Positions 13,746 through 26,232 of a DNA stretch of 64,000 nt are shown one piece after another. Position 1 is the first letter of the stretch, and the number at the start of each line of letters is the position of its first letter. Under the pieces are notes generated by a model. It did not search any database and had not been told where the DNA came from. It worked only from the letters and a program-made list of their open reading frames with translations. Position numbers and translations under genes: made by a program. The DNA lies in the NCBI RefSeq assembly GCF_964355755.1, contig NC_092670.1, positions 16,044,795 through 16,108,794 of the forward strand. The letters are read 5' to 3'. This DNA is from Antedon mediterranea. Its lineage: Eukaryota > Animalia > Echinodermata.

Positions 13746-16700
13746 TCATGAGTTTAGAGACGTCGGCGATGAAAGAGGTGACGTTGAGGGCGACCTACAA
13801 TCATTTTCATTATTCTTAGAAAGGGATAACGCTTTGGGTACAATGTCTTGCCAAACTTGCAGAATCTGGGAAACAAAATTATGGAAGATGCGAACATGAT
13901 AAAAAAGTGATAAAAGCACAAATGTATGTTACACAAATAAATAATGATGCTGTTTATTCTACAGAAAGCAGACTATGATTTATGTGAACACAATATGGTA
14001 GAACTACTTTGCAGTAGGTGTATTATAAATTGAATGATTATAAAATAAATATGGCTGCTGATGAAATTACTGTGCTTACTATCTGAGCTATTTGATGACT
14101 TATGTTCTAACATATGAATACTTTGGGTCATAAACACCCTATGAATATGCACTATGAATATGGCCATGTTTTTGTTATTGCGCATTACTTTATTGTAAAT
14201 ACAATTTGAACCGCTATTAAGGGACACTTAACGTGTTCCCTTGATGAGGGGCAAAATATCCCTTTAACGGGAGTGTTCCAAAGAAGAGGTTCTACTGTGA
14301 TAGGTAATCAAACTCATTGTAGTAAATAGGTCAAAATGTAAATGTTTTAAAAGTTTTACAATGTTCAGTGCAGTGCATTATTGAATGGTGCTGTAAAAAA
14401 CATGCACAATTTGGCACCAAATATGGATGACTCTGATGATTATAAAGAATTCAAAATAATAGAAAAATCAAACACTTGCAAACAAAAATTATAAAGCGAA
14501 AACTAGACTTAATTCAATTTATTGTTGATTTTTACATTTAGTTACAGTTACATATTTTATATTTACATTAATTACAAATGATATTTAATTTATACATGAA
14601 AGGCTGTAATCAACTAAAATTATATTATTCTAATAATTAATATTACTAATGAAATTAACAATTAGAGGTTAAAAATCAAGGCATATAAAAAGGAATATCT
14701 GTACATGCTCTACAGGTTTGTGTGTGTTATTATTGGGGATAAGTAGAGTGCTACAACTTGAACTGGCTAGCAAACTTTCATAATGTATTATTACTATTAT
14801 TAGATCATTATTACTAATATAACACAAAACAATGCTAATGACACACTGTCTCTTTCTCCATCTGTCACAATATTTGCTTTAATGTAATACTGTATTATAT
14901 TTATTTTGCTTTTTATTATTCTATAATGTAGTATTAGGTTATTTAGTTTAGGCCTACTATTGCAAGTGATACATTACAAGAACATTATTTAATGTTGGAT
15001 CCAGAGAAAGGGGAGGATTCCTCCACAATAAATCTAACATACATTCTTACCATTAAAGTAATCAAATTAACATACAATTTAATCGATTTTGAATGAATGT
15101 TCTTAAATGTATTGTTATTAGTAAATGTTATTTATACCTATGGGGCCCTGTAATATGTACGAATCAATCACTCCTATTTATTAAGAGTTTTAAAATGCAC
15201 AAAAAAAAAAGAACATTGTTCTTAAAATGTTTATCATAGTATGTATATTCTTATATGCTTTGACCTCTGACACAACACAGTTTACACATAGCAAATTAAA
15301 AAACTATATTATTTGGTATATATACGTGCAGTAATTAGCACAAACATACAGAACAAGCAGTTTCATTAGACATACAGTAGCAAACATATGTATTTGGACA
15401 AGGGATATCCTTTTCATATAAACACCAAGGCAGTCATCAAAATCCCAACAAATTTATCCCATTATCATTCTATTAATACCGTATTTATTCAAATACCCCC
15501 CCCCCCCCCCACCTCCCCGGACGTTTATTTGTTCAGGAGGTTTTTAGGGAGGACTTTATTCGAGGGGAGACGTTTATTTTTTAAGGTGTAATATAGATCA
15601 TGTATAATCAAATAAATACCCCTATATGAAAAAAAAACCAATAATAATAATTAACATCAAGTGATAAAATACAGTAAAAATTGTATCAAAATGCTTGGTA
15701 AATTGTAGATCATGTCAATCAATCAATGAATTCTACTACAAATAAAAATAATTTATATACAGTATTGTGTATATATGCATGTGGCTGGGTGTTGATTCAA
15801 GGAAATAAACGGTGGCGTTTATTCCAAATGATGTTCTAGGAAGGCGGCATCTTTTAATTGAGGGGGAGTTTATTCAAATAAATACGGTACTTAAAAACTG
15901 ACCAAACCAACAGGTTCTCTACTTTACTAAATAAAACCAAAATGAAGTAGAATTTTTCATCCAAGGTGAGACCATTAATATTAAGTAGAACATACTGTGT
16001 AACATAGGCACCCATTGAGTTTTAGAACTCCATTATTTTACAACATTACAATAAAATATGAAATAAAATATGCTATTTTTTTTTTACAAAATAAGTTTCT
16101 AAAATTCAAATAATATTTTAATTATTTTGGAATGTGAAATAGAGAACTAGGTCATAGTTCAAATTCTATTGCAGTTACTGCAACACATAGTTTACTACAG
16201 TAATAATATTATTAATTTATATCAATTTTTTTAAATTTAATTACTTCAGTTATAAGGGTGCAGAAAACAATCAAGTAGCACCTGCAGTAGAATTAGAATT
16301 ACTGCAGTAACTATGACGCAGTTATATAATCCATTTGGTAGCCTTTTTCTAGGATGGAACAGTAAAACTGGAATTGGACTCTCCTGCGCCGGAGTTTGTC
16401 TTACTTAGGATATCCTGCCAAACTGATAAAAGCTAGAGAGAGAAAGGTAGAAAGAAATGAATAGGAAGGAAACTAACAAAGGTCACTATTTCCATTTGAG
16501 GTCAATCTGTTATACAGGTCACTCTATTATTAAAATAGGGAGCTTTGTGACAACCTACAGCATGACCTATGCCGGGCCATTGCAAATCACAAGCTCCCCA
16601 GTTGCTAATCCAGTGACTGATCTATAAGCAACACTTAACCCTAATTATGTAAAACATGAGGAAAACTATGCTAATTAGACTTGCTGAAATAAGTTTAGAT

Positions 16701-19700
16701 AGACTGCCCAGCTAATTCTGCATTGTATCTTTAAAATACACAAAACTCAGCGCTAAAGCAGCATATATTTTTTACACATTACAGAAAGTTCAGACTATAT
16801 TATTATATTAAAAAAGCAGGCAGAAGTATTTTGTTTGTTTATTAATGTATAAAAAGTAATAGTTTAGTAGATTATGTGAATGTTAATATTAGTGCAAATT
16901 AAGAAAAGCATTATTGTTCTAATACAAAAAATGAATGAATTTCCGTTATATGCCATCTGGTAAAGAAATCTGGCACAAAGAAATGCCAAACATTTTATAA
17001 GATCAGGCCAAAACACTTATTTGAACAAGATTGAATCTAAAGTGTGGTTCCCACTATAACGCAACAACGTATCAGCACTTTGCGTAATCACAAATGGGAC
17101 GACGACGTAATATTGCTGCAAACATCGCAGCTTTGACAGGGACAAACACAATTATTGGAAGGACATTTTCTAATGTTGCATAGGTTGCGTCGCTAGTGGG
17201 AACCAAGCTTAAGGTTCTGTATCTAAGTTACTTACCTCTGAGTAGCCTTGTCGCTCAGTCTCAGCGTACGCCTGCATTGTGTCCGAGATCATTGGGATAT
17301 TAGCATGAATAAGCTGTGTTTCCATTTGTAAGCAATGCAGTGAGAATAGATTACGGTTTTCCATTGTCATAATTTGACTTGCTTGCTGTACATAGAAAAG
17401 GAAATGTCTGTCGTCACATCATCACTACCAACATAACTTTATATTGTTATTGCAATCTGATACTATATATAACAAATTGTACTTGAACATTAAAATCCAG
17501 TCTACAAATATGCATGTTTGAGGACACATCAACATATGTTTGATAATTTAACTTAATTGTGTAGTGTGGTAATATCACCTTGTTGCATCACAAGATATGG
17601 TAGATAAGATTTTTATTTATTATATTTTATTAAACTTTGTTTAATGAGGTTGACTCAAAACAACCGAGACTGACATGCGTGAGGCCCTCAACACTTAAAA
17701 AACGGGAACAATACAAATACGAAAAGAGAAAAAGATAAAAAAAAACAGAAGAGACCAATATAAATTAACATTACCTCAGTTATTCTTGACTCCAATTGTT
17801 CTACAACTCCAACTTGTTGTTGATCTCCGCCTTTCAATGTTGCAGACATCTTCTTCTTTTTGATATTAGCCATTTTTTGTAAGGCCATTTGATGGTCTCT
17901 AAGAACACCCTTTTCATGCCTTTCACAAAGGTCCTTTAAACAATTAATTTGGTTTTTATTTAATATATCCTTAATAGTGAACTGCTTTTTAACAATGTAT
18001 TAAAAAGTGAGTAAGTAAAAAGAGGATAAAGACAGCTATTTCTAGTACTTATTTTACATACAATTATATAGGTATAATATTATTTCTGTATTATTCTGCA
18101 TGACCATAACCCTATGTATAAAAGTTAAAAATAGTGAATTGTAAAAATCAGAAAATAATGAAACGAGGTAGAACATGGAATCAAGGTGGTTAACCATAAA
18201 AGATTTTTTAAAAAAAGGGTAACAATGTGTGATATGAGATTAAAATAAGAAATAATAAAATTATTTATGGAATGATGTTATAATTTAGTTTGTACAGTAT
18301 TTTGCCATTATACCATAAAATAGTACCTTATATGTTTGCAACATGTCCAAAAACAAAGCTAATCTCTCTCCAACACTATTGTCACATCTTGATGCCTAAA
18401 AATAAAATCATCATTTATAATTAAATTTGTTTGGATAGAGATTATTATCAAGTTATTCATTTAAATCTAATAATGTTTGTATTGTAATTTAATGTTTAAT
18501 ATGATGATATAAGTTTTACTACATGGTTATAACCAGCATGGTAGCAATAAGGTACACTCATTACTGATAGTCAAACATTATGGACTTAATCCTAAGGTCA
18601 TGCTACTTAGAAAAAGGATAAAAATACATGCAACTCTATCTTCTACACCCTGAAAACTTTCCACAAATGTTTTCATGGTTCAATATGTAAAAAATTATAT
18701 CATATTAAAATCCATTCTGAAACCATATTTTTGGGAATTTTTTTAGTTTTTGACTAAAATTTGTTTTGGAACCCAATGTGATAATTAAGAGAAACGCTAA
18801 TAAAATAGCAAGCTTTTCCAATGCTTCAAATTAAACTCTGTCTACACTTTCAAACCAGTTTGACAAACAAAATGTGATATGCCCAAATATGGTAGTGATA
18901 TGCCCAAATATGGTAGTGATATGACATCATCATGTCCATATATGGGCACATCACATTTTGTGTCCCATAATGTTTGACAGTGTAGACAGAGCTTTAGAGG
19001 AATGAGTACCTAAGGGGGTATGGATAAAAATTAAACTGGCCTAAATAATATTTCTTCTGGCATAATGGACAAAAGTAAATATAGTAGTAAGCTTTACCTG
19101 TTGACCATGTTTATCAGAAAGGGCAGCAAACTCAACTGCTATGGTTTTCAATCCCCCTTTAATGGTAGGCCAGGCATCGTTTGTACCCATAGCCCAAGCA
19201 GATGCTGGCTGAGAGTCACCGCTTAATTGATTTAATTCTTTAGCAAAGTGTAACATATCGATAGAATTTTCTGAAATGAAAATTCAAATTAACAGTTTAC
19301 TTTCTGTTAAAATAGAACTTCACTAGAATAATATTTTCCATATTACAAATTGTATATGGTCATTAAAGAATTTCTTTTTATGCACTAATAATTCCTTCCA
19401 TTCACAAATTATTTATTTCAAGCACTAATAATTTGATCACATATTATAAATTGTTATTCATACACTAAAACATTCAAAGCTCCTCTTAGTACACTCAAAT
19501 ACTTCATTTCCCGCTAGTGGCGTAACAGCCATAAGCGCTCACTGGCTAAAACCCAGCTTAACGGGGCCAAGAACATTAGCAGCCACATGGAACTAGCCAG
19601 CGTTGGAAGGCCCTTAAGCCTGGTTTCCATAAAATCGCTACACCGTTTCCATTGAAATCGCTACACCCGCAAATGTCGCCGACGCGCATCGGGGAGGTCT

Positions 19701-22700
19701 CCCCGATTCATCGCAGACAAATCGGCAAAGTTCAACCATGTTCAACTTTGCCGATTTTGTCGGCGATGAGTCGTATACGCGTGTACCAAAGAATATTTAG
19801 CGCTCGCGTACTAGATCGCCGATAAATTATAGCGTTTCCATAGAATCTGTCGGCGACAGCAGTCGGCGACACGGTGTAGCGATTTTATGGAAACCAGGCT
19901 TTAGGAGTGCTTAACTAAACCATGGGCCTTTTCCCCCTGCAATACGCCACTGTTTCCCACACTTAATTTTAGGCACAAAGTCCAATGTTATAATATTGTA
20001 TGGTACATTAATTGTTTACTATGTACTTACCAGCAGATCTCTTAGTAACATTATCAACTATATTCTTTAGTTTGTATATACTTTCAAACAGATTTCTAAT
20101 CTGGTCTCTACTGTTTGCAAATTGTACTTGTGTATCAATTGGTACCAAGTCCTATAAACATCAACAAGTTAAGTTGATTTAGTGGTTGAAATACTTGTTT
20201 ACTGATCCTAAAGCTCTGTCTAGACTATCAAACTGTGACAAAAAAAATGTGACGTGCCCATATGTACACGATGATGTCATATCACTACCATATTTCGGCG
20301 CATAACATTTTTTTTTTGTCATATGAAGTTTGACAGTGTAGGCAGAGCATAAGGTACTGAGTCCAAATCTTATCTTACAATACCGTATAATGAAAGAGTA
20401 CAGCTCCAGGGGCTGTGTATGGAATTTGGGGGAGATTTGAAGGTGGAAGTATATTCAGATTATTAAGAATGAATTTTTATATTATACCTTAGCTGTGGCT
20501 GATAGAGGACTTGTCATAAACTCATCTGGAATTCCACGGAACTGGTCCTTTATTCTATGCTGCATATCCTACAAAATTTAATTTAATATTACCAATCTAA
20601 GAAAGAAGAATTCAATTTTGATACCCAAAAATACATAGTTTAGTTAATGTCATCCCACGACGACTTAATTCGTAGTGGTTGCCATAAAAAAAAATAAAAA
20701 TACATAGTACAACATTTATAACATAGTTAATAATTAAAACAATAATACTGTTCAAAATAATTTCTCACCAAACTAATTTAGGTTTATTATCATTATATGA
20801 GACAGTTATCAAATCAAATAAAATCATAGTAAGAGAGTGGTCTGGGCAAGAATTTAAAGTCTACTAAATTTGTAATTGATTGTCAGAATTTTTGGCCCGG
20901 ACCACTCTATCATGTGTGACTATGTAACATAGTCACATATGATAGAGTGGTCTGAGGAAAAAGTTACGAATATAATAAATTTTTTATTGAATGTCAGAAC
21001 TCTTGGCCCAGACTACTCTATCATATATGACTATGTAACATAGTCACATATGATAGAGTGGTCTGAGCCAAAAGTGACAAACATACTATATTTTTAATTG
21101 ACTGTCAGAACTCTTGGCCCAGACTACTCTATGACATGCAACTGTTACATAGTTACATACGATAGAGTGGTCTGGGCCAAGAGTTCCGACAGTCAATTAA
21201 AAATATAAACTTACAGAGCCTTGAAATGTCATAAAAAACTTAGTAATAGCACTTTCATGAAACACAGGATGCCTACAAATCATTGTTAGAAACCTACGTA
21301 GCGCCCTCCGACGTGACTCTATAAACTCTCTTGTTACTGTTGAAAAGAATAGAGTAAATTAAAAAAATTAATCAAGTTTTACAATGTTATAGTTAACTAA
21401 TTATTATAGTTAATTATCTACTAACCTCGCATCATCTTTTTAGGGGGTGGTGTCGGAACCATTCGATATGGGAATCTCTGAAGTAGGACTTCGTGTAAGG
21501 CGATGAAGTCATTATAACGTCGCATTACTGTTGTTTTGTAAAACTGAAAAACAGAAGAAAAATTGAACTCCTGTATTGTATTCAACTTTTGTAATGGATG
21601 CCTAGTTCCTAGACAGTTGTAACAACCTCCACCAATGATGTGACTGAGAAACCCATACTTTCAACAGTAGGTATTTGATTGATTGAATGATTGAAATATA
21701 TATTTATACTGGGTAACCTCTTCATAATAATAATAATAAATGAAAACTTATATAGCGCCGGTATCCTCCACCCATGTGGCGCTCATGGCGCTTTGTGCAT
21801 TAACAACGTGCGAGAACATCAGCGAATAGCGACGTCTTTAGGTTGGTCTTGAAACTGTTTAGACTAGTTGAGCATTTAACTGTTGCTGGTAAGCTGTTCC
21901 ATACACTTGCGGCCGCAACGTAAAAAGATCTCTGACCCCACTGATTTTTCGCTCTACGCTCTTGAAGAAGGTTTTGTGACAATGATCGTAGGCCTCTGCG
22001 GGATGATTCGTAACGATCCACAAGGTCAGATAAATAAGCAGGAGCACTGTCATTTAGGATCTTGAATACAAACAACGCAAGTTTGTACTTAATACGTTGT
22101 TGAACAGGCAACCAATGCAAATCCATCAGGACAGGAGTTATGTGAGCGTTTGATTTTGTATAAGTTACAATTCTAGCTGCCATATTTTGCAAGCGCTGTA
22201 AACGTTGTATTTGAGATTTTGGTATGCCAAACAACAAGGCATTACCAATGTCAATTTTAGAAGTGACAAATGAGTGTACAATCAATTCAGCTGTTTTCTT
22301 GTTAAGATTACCGCGAATACGACCAAGGTTCCTAATCGATATGCATGCTGCTTTGGATACAGTCAAAGAATGGTCTCCCAGAGGGCCCAGTCATGATCAG
22401 TGGCTGTGATGTACTAATACACCGGGGTAACCCCCTACTCGTCTCAAAAGATGTACTAGGTTCTTTAAAGTGCACACGAGCTAGATGTGTACACTGGACC
22501 TACGGTTTATAGTCCTTATCCGAGAAGACTCGTTCTACCACCAGAACCATGGAGTGAGTGAGCCTCAAACCCCTGCCGATGTTATGGATTACGGTTCCAC
22601 TGTCTTAACCGCTCGGCCACTCACTCACTCACTCATTTGAACCAAGAAACTTGGATTAGTAACCAAGCACTTCAAACCTACAGACTGATTGTGTACTTAC

Positions 22701-24717
22701 ATTACTTTGAACTTCGTATTCTACATGTTTCAATAACAATCCCTTCTTCTCTGGTACTACACCTACAGACACTACATCCATGTCTTGTAGTTGTCTAAAG
22801 CTATACCCAAGAATACTAGGATTCTTCTCTTTTCTAACTTGCACTGTTAAAGTTTTCAGTTCACTTAAATCACCTAAAGATGGTCGAGGCAACTCTAAAA
22901 AGATAATAATAATCAACACGACTTCATAAAACATTTTACTTACTTTTAACATAAATATTAACTTATTTTTTTGCATACAATATTAAGAGGAAACATGAAT
23001 TGAATGTGGGGAAATTATTAAAATCTTTTATTTAATAATAATGTTTAGGATCATTTATAGAAATAGACCTTTTTGTATAGAGAGATTATACTGTATAACT
23101 ACTGTACACTCTTCCTGTAAAACAAATTTAACAGGATGTGTAACAGGCACAATTGTTCAAGGTCAATTAGAAAATAAGGTGAAATAATATTGAATGGTCA
23201 AAGTTCATTTGAAATAGATGACTAAAATATATACAGCATTGTAAATCAATGGTATTGTAATGGACCTCTAGAATCTGAATATTACAATGCTAAAAATAGG
23301 ACATTAATAATAATAATAATAGTTCATTCTTATATAGCGCATATAAGCAAGCTGTCAATGCGCTGTATATAAGTTAAAACAGACGAGAAGTTCAACATTT
23401 CATTTCTCAATCCCCCTATTGCAAAACCCTGGATCTACCACTGCAGCAAACTTACCTTGATCTGCAAAATTTTCTAATAGCTTTTCATTAACTGGTTTTC
23501 CTTGTTGAGCTAATGCAGTAAGTGCCAAGGCCTTATAAAAGCCATTCCTACTTAGGAATCCTTGCTTAGTATCAACGGCTACCCATATCTGTGATATCAA
23601 AAATGAATATGTTAAATTACAGTTAAGTTTATCTGAGCTATGGATTGACCACTACACTTAAATGATGTTCGTTAAAACACTTTGGCTACTAAATTAGATT
23701 TTCTATTGTTACTGAATCCTTGTCTCTTATGGTGATAATTTTGTGATATTTTACCGATTAATAAATAATTTAAATTATTACATTGTTTATAAAAATGCCG
23801 TGTATATTCCAGCAGAATCAATGCTATTGATTGGTCAATTGAAAATCGAGATTATGCATGCACATTTTTATAATCTCATGTACACCAGTTAAGGTGGTTG
23901 GCTGGCTTAGTGGTGTGGTACTAGTTAGTGGTTTTGTACTAGGCCTAGGTTCAATTCTTGATCAATTTTTTTCAATCTCTTTTTTTAATTCACTATTTTC
24001 TTTTAATCACCATCGTCTTTACCCACCATTGCCTAGAGGGATGTTTTTTTTTAGTTTAGCATATGTTAGGATAGGCAGTTGTCCTAACCACAGCGTTATA
24101 AATATGTATGCATAACATTAACAACATGTTTTATTGAATATTAAATTACTACTGTCTAAAATAGTGCAGTCATGCATATCATCAGTTCACAAATGGTGCG
24201 GTACCGCGACAACAGACTGTTGTGGTGTCCCATGTGGTGGGTGGGTGAGACTTTATTTTACAAGTTTACAATGCAATGTCAACAGACTTGCTTGTTTGTT
24301 GCCTATGCTTCAGTACGGCCCAGGGCAGTGTTTCAACACACCACACACATAGTAGGCTACAAGACAGATACAAATTTGCTTTAGAAATTAATACTGCACA
24401 CACAAATTCATCGAGTACGAAAACCTTACTTGACTTAGCGTAGTTTTCGGAAGGTTAGATTTCATCAGAATTCTGACGAACACATCGCGGTCCACCTTCG
24501 TCTCCTGATTCGGGCAAACGATGTCGTATACCTCCCGGTAAAATGGGGGAACGGAACCTGTGAAACAACATAGACAGTTCAGACATACATCTGCTTATTG
24601 AGAATGAATTACAAATTACAGAAATCATAATATAAATTACTATCATATGTTACACACTTATAAAATTGAAAGGAAATGGGCGGAACTGTACTCACCACTA
24701 GTTAACTCATCCGCCAT
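13746..24717 (-). CDS. SNX8: Sorting nexin-8 (PX-BAR, Mvp1 family) with two alternative last exons, about 517 or 529 aa
   Basis: Exons 24717-24696, 24557-24430, 23588-23456, 22894-22701, 21543-21426, 21336-21215, 20568-20488, 20151-20031, 19270-19098, 18395-18327, 17933-17775, 17385-17236, then 16432-16349 or 13865-13746. PX motifs PEKKGLLLKHVEYEV, RRYNDF, RFPYRMVPTPPPK, FIESRRRALRRF; BAR motifs YKDLCERHEKGVL, MENRNLFSLHCLQMETQLIH. Confidence 0.93.
14199..14298. mobile_element. Degenerate Tc1/mariner-type MITE family T
   Basis: Internal TTAAGGGACAC motif and terminal GAGGTTCTACTG shared with copies near 30733, 42712, 46090, 54466 and 58497. Confidence 0.5.
15479..15887. mobile_element. Tc1/mariner (pogo-like) MITE
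   Basis: TA|CCGTATTTATTCAAATA ... TATTCAAATAAATACGG|TA: 15/17 inverted match with TA TSD. Confidence 0.75.
17041..17209. mobile_element. PIF/Harbinger-type MITE family B, copy 1
   Basis: TIR AG.(G/T)TGGTTCCCACTA ... TAGTGGGAACCAAGCT, TAA flanks; homologous copies at 31132-31310 and 35015-35201. Confidence 0.7.
18834..18993. mobile_element. Harbinger-type MITE family A copy
   Basis: Family A TIR, TTA/TTA flanks; internal GCCCAAATATGGTAGTGATAT duplicated. Confidence 0.75.
19515..19952. mobile_element. hAT-type MITE (same family as 13000) interrupted by a Harbinger-type MITE
   Basis: TAGTGGCGTAAC ... AATACGCCACTG, 8-bp TSD TTTCCCGC/TTTCCCAC (7/8); ATAAGCGCTCACTG..AACCCAG shared with the 13000 copy. 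Confidence 0.75.
19617..19900. mobile_element. PIF/Harbinger-type MITE family C (young, CpG-rich)
   Basis: Perfect 29-bp TIR AGCCTGGTTTCCATAAAATCGCTACACCG, TTA/TTA TSD. Confidence 0.85.
20212..20349. mobile_element. Harbinger-type MITE family A copy
   Basis: Family A TIRs, TAA/TAA flanks. Confidence 0.7.
20830..21207. repeat. Tandem array of about 110-bp palindromic (fold-back) units, about 3.5 copies, in SNX8 intron 6
   Basis: Unit TGTCAGAACTCTTGGCCCAGACTACTCTATCAT..GACTATGT/AACATAGTC..GATAGAGTGGTCTGGGCCAAGAGTTCCGACA; the last unit has about 46-bp arms. Confidence 0.85.
21673..22633 (-). mobile_element. tRNA-derived SINE with Deu/Nin-like core, split by a LINE insertion
   Basis: - strand head GAGTGAGTGGCCGAGCGGTTAAG (A box) and GGTTTGAGGCT (B-box-like); core CTTCTCGGATAAGGACTATAAACCGTAGGTCC..TAAAGAACC..GAGTAGGGGGTTACCCCGGTGT resembles the Deu/Nin domain; tail at 21724-21673 ends in CAAT-like repeats. 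Confidence 0.75.
21725..22359 (-). mobile_element. 5'-truncated L2/CR1-group LINE (C-terminus of RT-encoding ORF2 plus 3' UTR)
   Basis: ORF 21800-22366: IVHSFVTSKIDIGNALLFG..LQRLQNMAARIV..HITPVLMDLHWLPVQQRIKYK..APAYLSDL..RSFYVAAASVWNSLP..FKTNLKT; 3' end GCGCTATATAAG plus (ATT)n. Confidence 0.9.
23305..23398 (-). mobile_element. Short L2-like LINE 3'-tail fragment
   Basis: Same 3' signature (GCGCTATATAAG + (ATT)n) as the 21725 LINE. Confidence 0.5.
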
Positions 24718-24800
24718 TATTTTTCGCGTGACATTGGAAGAAAGTACGCATGCGCGTAATTCATACACAAACCTCATTTGACCCAATTCTGGTCAGTCGA
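24718..24800 (-). promoter_or_regulatory. SNX8 proximal promoter
   Basis: CpG-rich patch with NRF1-like TACGCATGCGCG about 30 bp upstream of the ATG. Confidence 0.45.
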
Positions 24801-26166
24801 CTGGAAAAAACCAGGAGTTTGATAACAAAAAATGTTTATTACATTCTATTCAATAATGGTTATTGCAGGGAAGAATGATACATCCCTTCTTTATTTTCTT
24901 TGTTAAAATCATACATATCACGTCATCAATTTAATTCCAACAAATGGCATAATAGTACAGACTTACAGTAGTAAAACAAGAAATATTTCTTACAAAAAAC
25001 GCTGCTCGCTTACAGTTTTAAAGATATATTGTCCCTCTGAAAAATATTTTTTATTTCAAATTTGTGTTTGAATGTGTCATTTTATTGTCACATAATAGTT
25101 ATTTTACCTGAAAAAATGTAATTTAATGCAAAAAATACTTAAATTGTCTGTCAGACAATGGTTTTTGAGTTATAATTAAACGTTTCTTTTCTTTTTTTAT
25201 ATGTGAACAAATATTATTTTTTTGTTACAGAGTCTGTCACTCTGACAATGAATTATATAATATCATGGGACTCATAAATACCACAAATGCTTTGGGATTT
25301 GTCATTCAACCGTTAGACTCTTTCCCAGACGTTTTTTGGTGGTACCTATAAATTACAGTCGAGTGTACATTTTAGCAAAACTGTCCCCCTTAGATATATA
25401 ACTGCTGCTTTACTTCCGGTTTCTTAATGAGTCATCCTCCTGGGACGTAGCGGGCTAAAGCAGCAGCGTGACAATAATAACCAAAAACAAACAATTTTAT
25501 ATACAATCAAAGTTTATTTCCCAATACACACTTGACAAGGAAAAATACTAAATTCAAATAAACAACAACAAAATTATGTTTTTTTCTTTCAAAATACACA
25601 CATATTTTACAGTACCACAGACCTTTATAAAAGGCTGATATAACAACATTTTTCTTAGCCGGACTTTCGCTGCATTCACAGATTTCTATAACAAGCATAT
25701 TTCTATATAATTTTTCATAGGCATGCGCATTGGCCACTTTTTCATTTTATACACTTAATAATGCAAACAAATTCATAAAACCCAAATGTTTGAATCTCTC
25801 AAATAATTTCTAAACGTATAGTTATTACGACAAAAACATAAAACTGAAAAGTTAATTTTTATTGCTACATGATAAGATGCAATAACAATGAGTAAATTTG
25901 TAATAATGGATGGAAAATTTAAACACCACAAAATCAAAAAAGAGATGACAAAAATAACAAATTCTGCTACATAAAATGATTACAACTTCTGTCTATTTTC
26001 TAAATAATAAATCATTTAAACGGGTCAATATTTTATTCATCCATTTGCTAAAAAAAACTCTGCTTTATGATAAAGATTATAAAAACTAAAACATGAAACT
26101 AGTAAAAAAGAAGTTATTAGCGGCAGAACTGGCCTCATCTTTTATGCCGAGACGTGCTACCTGCTT

Positions 26167-26232
26167 AAAACATAACACCAACCAAAAAATGGCCGCATAA
26201 AACATAACACCAACCAAAAAATGGCCGCATAA
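26167..26232. repeat. Direct tandem duplication of about 32 bp
   Basis: AAAACATAACACCAACCAAAAA(A)TGGCCGCAT twice. Confidence 0.8.

Noticed and set aside
20830-21207. CRISPR-like repeat/spacer appearance
   Set aside because: Repeats are about 85-bp palindromes, the linkers are homologous to each other rather than unique, there are no cas genes, and it lies in a eukaryotic intron.
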